From IMG/VR virus record IMGVR_UViG_3300005805_000277, positions 1 to 32,446 of that record: 32,446 nt of DNA. One strand, given 5' to 3'. Made by a program: the position numbers and the translations under genes. The notes beneath the pieces were generated by a model, which saw only the letters and a list, made by a program, of their open reading frames with translations, was not told where the DNA came from and made no database searches. Of this stretch, positions 26,782 to 32,446 are shown one piece after another. Origin of the DNA: a virus (taxonomy: Duplodnaviria; Caudoviricetes). Every line of letters begins with the position of its first letter. Within the stretch, counting starts at the first letter, position 1.

Positions 26782-27410
26782 TATTCTTCGTTTGTTATAG
26801 GGTCAAATACTGATTTCCAAAAACCGTCATTAAATTTATTTGTATATTGTTCTTTGTAATTAAGCAAAGGTGATTTGTCTTCTAGTGGAGCATCTTCTTT
26901 TTTCTGTTTGAGAATACTCATGTACTCATCTACTGATGCATCTGAAAAATCATTAGGCAATTCGCTTTTAACAGTTTCCCTGTCATCGTTTTGTGCTGCT
27001 TGATAAAGATTGCTAGATGATTTGAAAAACTGTGATGGGATTAATTGAAATCCGTAATACGGAAATTTATTAAATTTCTTTTGTAGCTTTTTGTTTCTAG
27101 CAGATTTCTCGTCTAATGCTAGATAAGCAGGTTTGTCTCCTTTCTCCTCCATGATTGCATACACTTCACTCAATGAACCTTTATCCTTAGACTTTATAAT
27201 AGATGCTTGTGGAGCCATATTAGATCTAAGAAGCATCTCCCACATCTTTGCTTTTTGTTCTTGGGTTACTGGGCCTCCGTCATCTTTTCCCAAAACTACG
27301 TGGACATGAGACACTTCTGGCCTATTTAAAAGCCAATCTAATGCATGTAAATGCATTTTGGTAGGAGGAGCGAATTCCCCTGGATAATAGCACGGATGTT
27401 GTTCTTGCAT
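26781..27410 (-). CDS. Cytidylyltransferase-like (HIGH-motif) nucleotidyltransferase, degenerate
   Basis: YYPGEFAPPTKMH corresponds to GxFxPx(H/T)xGH with Gly replaced by Met; C-terminal SSS.L..A. Confidence 0.55.
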   Translation of the reverse strand: MQEQHPCYYPGEFAPPTKMHLHALDWLLNRPEVSHVHVVLGKDDGGPVTQEQKAKMWEMLLRSNMAPQASIIKSKDKGSLSEVYAIMEEKGDKPAYLALDEKSARNKKLQKKFNKFPYYGFQLIPSQFFKSSSNLYQAAQNDDRETVKSELPNDFSDASVDEYMSILKQKKEDAPLEDKSPLLNYKEQYTNKFNDGFWKSVFDPITNEE

Positions 27411-27426
27411 ATGCGTACGATACTCA

Positions 27427-27434
27427 TATAAATA
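27427..27434 (-). promoter_or_regulatory. TATTTATA motif (putative late promoter)
   Basis: Exact motif 16 nt upstream of ATG 27410; context GTGATATTTATA. Confidence 0.6.
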
Positions 27435-27439
27435 TCACG

Positions 27440-27991
27440 CTACCCGTTAATCATGGTCTGTTTATACGTTGAGGTTGAACTCTTTGCAGGAGGGTAAATC
27501 TGGACAGACTCGTGTACTTCAAACGTATCCGGGTCTACAACATTCATGGTGACTGGTTGAGACAGGGTCTTCAGAAAGGACTCCCTCTCTTTCATCTTGG
27601 CTTTTAGGAGTTCCATTTCCTTATTCATCCTGTTCCAAACAGGATCTCCACAGGCTTCGTAGTCATGCTTGGTAGCAGCCTCGTATAGTTCAAATTTTAC
27701 CCCGTGTTTGGTAGTGTATGACTTACCGTTGTCTGAGTTCCTAGTGATTTCCTCTCTTACCAGTTCCGTAAATGTATTCTTACCTGCCTCATCTGTCAGC
27801 TCCTTAAGCTGCTTTGAGGTCTCCTCTACGAACTTTAGCATGACTGCTATATCCACAGCAGACATATTGCCTTCCATGACAGCTTTGTAGATGTTATAAG
27901 CTGCCTGTGCTACTCCTTTCTTAGTAATATCGGGAGTTTGGTACTGAGTTTGATCTAATTTGATCAGGAAATTAGTGTTGTTTTCCATCAT
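27440..27991 (-). CDS. Hypothetical protein
   Basis: 183-aa ORF coupled to primase by ATGA overlap; DYEACGDPVW...KERESFLK motif. Confidence 0.7.
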   Translation of the reverse strand: MMENNTNFLIKLDQTQYQTPDITKKGVAQAAYNIYKAVMEGNMSAVDIAVMLKFVEETSKQLKELTDEAGKNTFTELVREEITRNSDNGKSYTTKHGVKFELYEAATKHDYEACGDPVWNRMNKEMELLKAKMKERESFLKTLSQPVTMNVVDPDTFEVHESVQIYPPAKSSTSTYKQTMING

Positions 27992-28929
27992 ATCATCATT
28001 TTGTATTTGAGTAATTTATCTGAGGTAAGCGGTTCCACTGTTTGAATTAGAGATAGAAACTTCTGAAAACCCATCTCAGAGGGGTCTTTATCGTTCATTT
28101 CTACCAAAAACACCTTCTTTCCAAGAGAAATTAGCGTTTCACAGTGTTTCAGCGCCATCGTAATAGCATCGTTGTCTAAGGCTATGTACACTTTTTTTAT
28201 GCTAGATTCTACCAGCTTTTTCATCAGTTTTGGGGTTATAGACTTCCCTAATAGGGGAATAGCATTCCTCTTTATGGCTAGCATATCAAAGCCTCCCTCA
28301 CACAAAACCACAGGGATGTTCCAGTTTATGTACATCTCAAATGGGATAATGTCCCTAGAGGCTTGTGGATACTTATATTTCAGTCTCACTTCTGGATCAA
28401 AGGATCTACCTACAAAGAAATTGATCTTGCCTGTAGCGTCAAAAGAAGGCATTATAATGCGTTCTGCGTATTTCCCTTCCTCACAGTAACCAATCTGATA
28501 CTTGATAATGTCGGATTCAGTGATGCCTCTCTTTTTGAGGTATAGCATGGCATGCTTTGCTAGGATATCATGAGGTTTGGCATCTAAGAGAAACTTGTAC
28601 TCTGCTGGTAATACCCCATCAAAAACAGTGCTGTCTTCTGAATCTCTATCTGTCCTGACAATAATCTTGTCTAGGTCTTGTAAATGACTTTTGGATACTC
28701 CTATTTTTCTAAAAAGGCTTCTAATAGTCCTGCCTTTGGATCCACACACCCAGCAAGCCCACTTATTGTTCCCTTCCGAATCGGTCAGTATATCTACCTC
28801 TAATTTCTTCTTATTGGTACCGTGTGTAGGACAGTCTACAAAAGGACAATGGTATTTGCGGTTGCTGCGAGTAGCAGTTTCTCCATACCCTAAAACTTGG
28901 TCTAAAAGGCCTGATAGTAGATTCTCCAT
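27988..28929 (-). CDS. dnaG: DNA primase (zinc-binding + TOPRIM)
   Basis: CPF..C..H...CWVC zinc site, YLKKRGI, IGYC, FFVGR, CEGGFD, LDND, KDP. Confidence 0.9.
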   Translation of the reverse strand: MENLLSGLLDQVLGYGETATRSNRKYHCPFVDCPTHGTNKKKLEVDILTDSEGNNKWACWVCGSKGRTIRSLFRKIGVSKSHLQDLDKIIVRTDRDSEDSTVFDGVLPAEYKFLLDAKPHDILAKHAMLYLKKRGITESDIIKYQIGYCEEGKYAERIIMPSFDATGKINFFVGRSFDPEVRLKYKYPQASRDIIPFEMYINWNIPVVLCEGGFDMLAIKRNAIPLLGKSITPKLMKKLVESSIKKVYIALDNDAITMALKHCETLISLGKKVFLVEMNDKDPSEMGFQKFLSLIQTVEPLTSDKLLKYKMMI

Positions 28930-28945
28930 CAGGACAAATATAGGA

Positions 28946-29380
28946 TTAAATATCTTTTCTCCAAAATTTTCCTAGAACGTTTCCGTTGAAACAGTTTTCA
29001 GACTCCAGGCATCCCTCTAGGATCTGATGTCTCATTTCCTGATAAGTTAACTGCTTTTTATGGCTGCACAAATGCAATATCTCCCGTTTAAACGCATATC
29101 TCCCTAATTCCGATATAGACTCCTTCAAAGACGGTTCAGACCCGTAATAGTCCTTCCAATTGCTTTCAGTGATGACTTTTTTCTTAGTGGGCTTTCTACC
29201 CTTTGCTGGTAGCTCTGCTAGCTCCTTTTTAGTGAGGAGTTTGGTGCGTTCTGATAAGAGGTTCTTTTTACCTACGTAGAATTTACCATCTTCTACCCTA
29301 GTAATCTTGTAAATAAAACCGTACGTTCCTTCTGGAAATTGAGATAACTCTCTGACAACCTGTCCTTTATAAAACCACAT
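28946..29380 (-). CDS. GIY-YIG endonuclease (T4 endonuclease II/Seg-like)
   Basis: GFIYKIT...FYVGKK...ESNWKDYYGS...FKREIL...E...FNGN. Confidence 0.8.
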   Translation of the reverse strand: MWFYKGQVVRELSQFPEGTYGFIYKITRVEDGKFYVGKKNLLSERTKLLTKKELAELPAKGRKPTKKKVITESNWKDYYGSEPSLKESISELGRYAFKREILHLCSHKKQLTYQEMRHQILEGCLESENCFNGNVLGKFWRKDI

Positions 29381-29381
29381 A

Positions 29382-29681
29382 TTAAATATCCATTCTGATT
29401 ATGAAATTTGTATCTGTATTAGATGAGATAGGTAAAGGCTGTGCAAACTTTCCAACTAAGAGTAAATCGTTGTTGTCATTGTAAAAGCCTATAGTTGTAG
29501 CGTATGGCATGAAATCCCCAGACCCTGTAGCAAATCCTAACATCTGTTCTTTACTGCCTGATGCCAATATAGATGGGTTATAACTATAATTCATCTCGTG
29601 ATCCTTCACGGTGCAGTTTATAGTCCTCTGTAGGATAATATTGCTATTCTGAAAACTAACTTTGAAATCTTCGTAGGGCAT
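29382..29681 (-). CDS. Small tail/baseplate-associated domain protein
   Basis: PYATTIGFYNDNNDLLLVGKFAQPL...FIIRMD resembles the IGLY...LLA tail-collar/baseplate type motif. Confidence 0.5.
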   Translation of the reverse strand: MPYEDFKVSFQNSNIILQRTINCTVKDHEMNYSYNPSILASGSKEQMLGFATGSGDFMPYATTIGFYNDNNDLLLVGKFAQPLPISSNTDTNFIIRMDI

Positions 29682-29692
29682 AGTATTCTATT

Positions 29693-30445
29693 TTAGTACG
29701 AGCACGGTCCTGAGTCCGAACATAAATAGTTAGTACCTAAGATATCTCCCGATACAGGCGTACCGTTAAACTGGGTTATCTGTACGGTAAAGCTACCGTT
29801 TGTGAAATTAGAAGTCAGGTGATTAGTTTTGTACACTAACATCACGTCTTTGTATCCAGCAGCTGGTATTGTAATATCTACTGTATCTGAATCGGTTACA
29901 TAGAAAGGAACGTAAATAGCACCTACAGATCCTGATACTCCTCCCAGCATTGTTCCTGGTGTTGGGTAGCTTGATGGTAAAGTAGTCTCATACAAAACAC
30001 CTTCTATACATGCTACAGATCCTGATACGTTAGTTATACCTTGAGCTACGTTAAGGCTGAGACGCACAGTGGATCCAGAAGGAGCTGTCAGTCTTGACCA
30101 TACACGTCCTCCATCTCCACATACGTTTGCATTGCTAGTATAGTTTGAATCAAACAAAGCTTGGAATGCTGCTATAGGAGTTGGGGTAGGTGTAGGAGTT
30201 GGTGTAGGTGCTGGAGTTGGTGTAGGGAATGGAGACAGTGTAAAATTAATACTATTTGTACAGGTTCCTGTTGAAGTAGCTGTTGCTGTAGTAGCGGTAG
30301 TGTCTACATTTACTGTATACCCTGCTAATAACTGTGCCCTTGTAACTCCAAAAGCTATATTTCCCAACACATTATCGCTGATAATGAAGGGTCCTGCGTC
30401 GGTCCCTATTGATGATATCTTTAATATTACTGGTGTTGTTGCCAT
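29693..30445 (-). CDS. Putative virion protein with Pro/Thr linker and Cys-containing beta domain
   Basis: N-terminal GPF.I...R..L..G..V...C module, [10 protein letters not shown] linker. Confidence 0.65.
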   Translation of the reverse strand: MATTPVILKISSIGTDAGPFIISDNVLGNIAFGVTRAQLLAGYTVNVDTTATTATATSTGTCTNSINFTLSPFPTPTPAPTPTPTPTPTPIAAFQALFDSNYTSNANVCGDGGRVWSRLTAPSGSTVRLSLNVAQGITNVSGSVACIEGVLYETTLPSSYPTPGTMLGGVSGSVGAIYVPFYVTDSDTVDITIPAAGYKDVMLVYKTNHLTSNFTNGSFTVQITQFNGTPVSGDILGTNYLCSDSGPCSY

Positions 30446-30462
30446 TTATGTTTTATAGTTTA

Positions 30463-31194
30463 TTAACAGAACGAATCTCCGTCCACCGTTAAATATACGT
30501 ATTGAAGACCTGCGGTAGTTATTGTTCTAGTGTAACTACACAAAAATCCACTTGGTCCATTTGGACAAGTTGATTCGCTTCCTGCTACTGCTTTAGTATC
30601 TACTTCACTGAATGTAACGGTGTCTCCTATGCTTAAACTGCTTATGGTTATGGTTACCAAACAAGAAGATGTTTCTATTGGACCAAGTAATATAGGACTT
30701 CCTCCGTTTATTGAGTATTGAAGACTTCCCGTTGAGTTTATATACTTAGCATATATTGCTAAGCTACTTGGTTCTAGAGTTGGTGTAGGAGTTGGGGTTG
30801 GTGCTGGAGTAGCTGTTGGTGCAGGCGTTGGTGTAGGCGTAGCACTAGGTACAGGCGTCGCTGTCGGTGCTGGTGTAGGTGTAAACGTATATACAAAGCT
30901 TCCACTCAACGTACAATCCTCAACTACAGGTGTAGGAGTAGGTGCAGGGGTGGCTGTAGGCTGTGGAGTTGGTGTAGGAGTAGGCAAGTAATAAGGCAGT
31001 ATCTCATCACAATCTGGATCTAGACTCTGTATCCATATAATACTTGCAGTTACAGGGACGCCTCCCACAATAAGCCCATTTATTAATTCTGTCCTAGACG
31101 CAGACGAATATACCAAGGTACCTGCTGAGGCGGTATCGTAGTATATATTAAATGGTCCGGGAGCATCTCCTTCTATATTGACTACATAGTTCAT
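30463..31194 (-). CDS. Putative virion protein with two Pro/Thr linkers
   Basis: Similar N-terminal module, two PT tracts, Cys-containing C-terminal domain. Confidence 0.65.
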   Translation of the reverse strand: MNYVVNIEGDAPGPFNIYYDTASAGTLVYSSASRTELINGLIVGGVPVTASIIWIQSLDPDCDEILPYYLPTPTPTPQPTATPAPTPTPVVEDCTLSGSFVYTFTPTPAPTATPVPSATPTPTPAPTATPAPTPTPTPTLEPSSLAIYAKYINSTGSLQYSINGGSPILLGPIETSSCLVTITISSLSIGDTVTFSEVDTKAVAGSESTCPNGPSGFLCSYTRTITTAGLQYVYLTVDGDSFC

Positions 31195-32297
31195 ATATAT
31201 AAATATCTTCTACAAAAATTTAAAGCCGATTCTATTACCTGGTGCATATCATAATATTTGTATTCAGCTAATCTTCCCCCAAAAAACACGTTTGTTTCCT
31301 GATCTGCTAATTCCTTGTATTTCTGGTACTTTTTGTTATTTTCAACGTCGTTTACAGGATACATAGGATCTGTTGTTTTTGAATCGTAGTCTACAGGGTA
31401 TTCCCATGTCACATGAGTGACGTCTGATTCTGAATTTTCAAAATGTTTGTGTTCTATTATTCGGGTATACGGGATTTTTTCTTCGGTAAAATTCATAACT
31501 GCGGCTCCCTGGTAGTTAGGTGTCTCTAATCTTTTATGATCAAAGGACACTGTTTTATACTCTAATTGTCCGAATTTATAATCATAAAATGCATCTATAG
31601 GCCCAGTATATATAATATTCTTTGTTTTACTATCCCAGTGTGATTTATCAGCTAAATAATCTTGATCCAACAACACTTCTATCCCATCTAATAGTTTTTC
31701 AAATACCTGGGTATATCCTCCTATAGGTATTCCTTGGTATTTGTCATTGAAATAGTTATTGTTATAGGTAAACCTAACAGGGAGTCTTTTTATAATCTCT
31801 TTAGGCAGTTCCTTAGGAGATTTCCTCCATTGCTTTGTGGTATATCCTTTAATGAGTTTTTCATACACATCTTTTCCTACTAACTTAATAGCTTGCTCTT
31901 CTAGATTTTGAGGTTCTCCTATATGGCTGCTTTGTCTCTCAATCATTTCTTTGGCCTCTTGTGGTGTAGTCACTTCCCACAACTTAGAAAATGTCCACAT
32001 GTTAAAAGGGAGGGAATATACCTCCCCTTTATAATTAGCTACTGGAGAATATCTAAAATTATTAAAAGACACATACTTGTTTATCCACTCCCATACTTCT
32101 TCGTTTGATGTATGAAATATGTGAGGACCATAAATGTGAACATTAATATTATCCCTCTTCTCTGTATAACAATTTCCTCCTATATGACTTTTTTTATCTA
32201 TGACAAGACACTTATATCCTGCGTCTGTCAATTTCCTTGCACATATAGATCCAAAAAATCCTGAGCCTACTATTAAATAATCAAAAATTTTATGCAT
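31191..32297 (-). CDS. glf: UDP-galactopyranose mutase
   Basis: [11 protein letters not shown] motif, [57 protein letters not shown]. Confidence 0.96.
   Translation of the reverse strand: MHKIFDYLIVGSGFFGSICARKLTDAGYKCLVIDKKSHIGGNCYTEKRDNINVHIYGPHIFHTSNEEVWEWINKYVSFNNFRYSPVANYKGEVYSLPFNMWTFSKLWEVTTPQEAKEMIERQSSHIGEPQNLEEQAIKLVGKDVYEKLIKGYTTKQWRKSPKELPKEIIKRLPVRFTYNNNYFNDKYQGIPIGGYTQVFEKLLDGIEVLLDQDYLADKSHWDSKTKNIIYTGPIDAFYDYKFGQLEYKTVSFDHKRLETPNYQGAAVMNFTEEKIPYTRIIEHKHFENSESDVTHVTWEYPVDYDSKTTDPMYPVNDVENNKKYQKYKELADQETNVFFGGRLAEYKYYDMHQVIESALNFCRRYLYI
31198..31205 (-). promoter_or_regulatory. TATTTATA motif embedded in the last codons of glf, 3 nt before next ATG
   Basis: Context GATATTTATATATATGAA, identical to 21130-21147. 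Confidence 0.6.
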
Positions 32298-32302
32298 AAA
32301 AA

Positions 32303-32446
32303 TTAATATGTGTTATACTTCCATATAACAGGCCACAATCTTTCAAATATCCACGGAGCTTTGTCATATTTAGAATGAATTTCGTACGCACGTTTCCACC
32401 AATATAAACTCTTATTTGTTATAAATTTTTTAGGCACTACGTATTG
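32303..32446 (-). CDS. C-terminal part of a DUF3431-like protein (starts beyond the window)
   Basis: Manual translation QYVVPKKFITNKSLYWW...PWIFERLWPVIW*; the QF.V....I...FERLW..I pattern is recalled for DUF3431. Confidence 0.55.
   Translation of the reverse strand, partial: QYVVPKKFITNKSLYWWKRAYEIHSKYDKAPWIFERLWPVIWKYNTY

Noticed and set aside
28946-28954. GATATTTAA at gene ends (also near 29382)
   Set aside because: Explained by Asp-Ile-stop codons and lacks the full TATTTATA core.
280-32108. All plus-strand ORFs in the track (e.g. 372-809, 2067-2315, 10296-10745, 20944-21402)
   Set aside because: They are antisense shadows of low-complexity or codon-biased minus-strand genes, with no recognisable motifs.
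1-32446. Stop-codon reassignment as in some large phages
   Set aside because: Core genes are intact under the standard code, and TAA, TAG and TGA all terminate genes at sensible junctions.
1-32446. tRNA, rRNA, integrase or transposase
   Set aside because: None seen; intergenic gaps are nearly all too short and no such motifs were found.

Overview
A 32.4-kb, gene-dense, AT-rich segment of a large T4-like (myovirus-type) tailed phage; every credible gene is on the minus strand and the code is standard. In transcription order (right to left): a glycan module (partial DUF3431-like ORF, UDP-galactopyranose mutase), two Pro/Thr-linker proteins, a GIY-YIG nuclease and DNA primase, then a ~7-kb array of small accessory ORFs, a holin-like and spanin-like set, terminase, portal, prohead core/protease/scaffold, major capsid protein, PhoH, neck/tail-terminator proteins and tail-fibre-like proteins. 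Main observations: (1) eight otherwise unrelated small ORFs share an N-terminal leader M-x(0-1)-[KR]-[LF]-x-[DQ]-[IL]-[LFV] followed within a few residues by a T4 gp21-type (L/I/F)-x-E site, suggesting a capsid-targeted cargo array that includes an ADP-ribosyltransferase-like protein; (2) a TATTTATA motif (reverse complement of the T4 late promoter) precedes ten genes on the coding strand; (3) a lipobox-free spanin-like overlapping pair with a Gln+1 signal peptide, plus SD-less starts, hints at a Bacteroidota host; (4) galactofuranose synthesis sits next to mucin-like virion proteins. All family assignments are by eye from motifs and synteny; no database searches were run.
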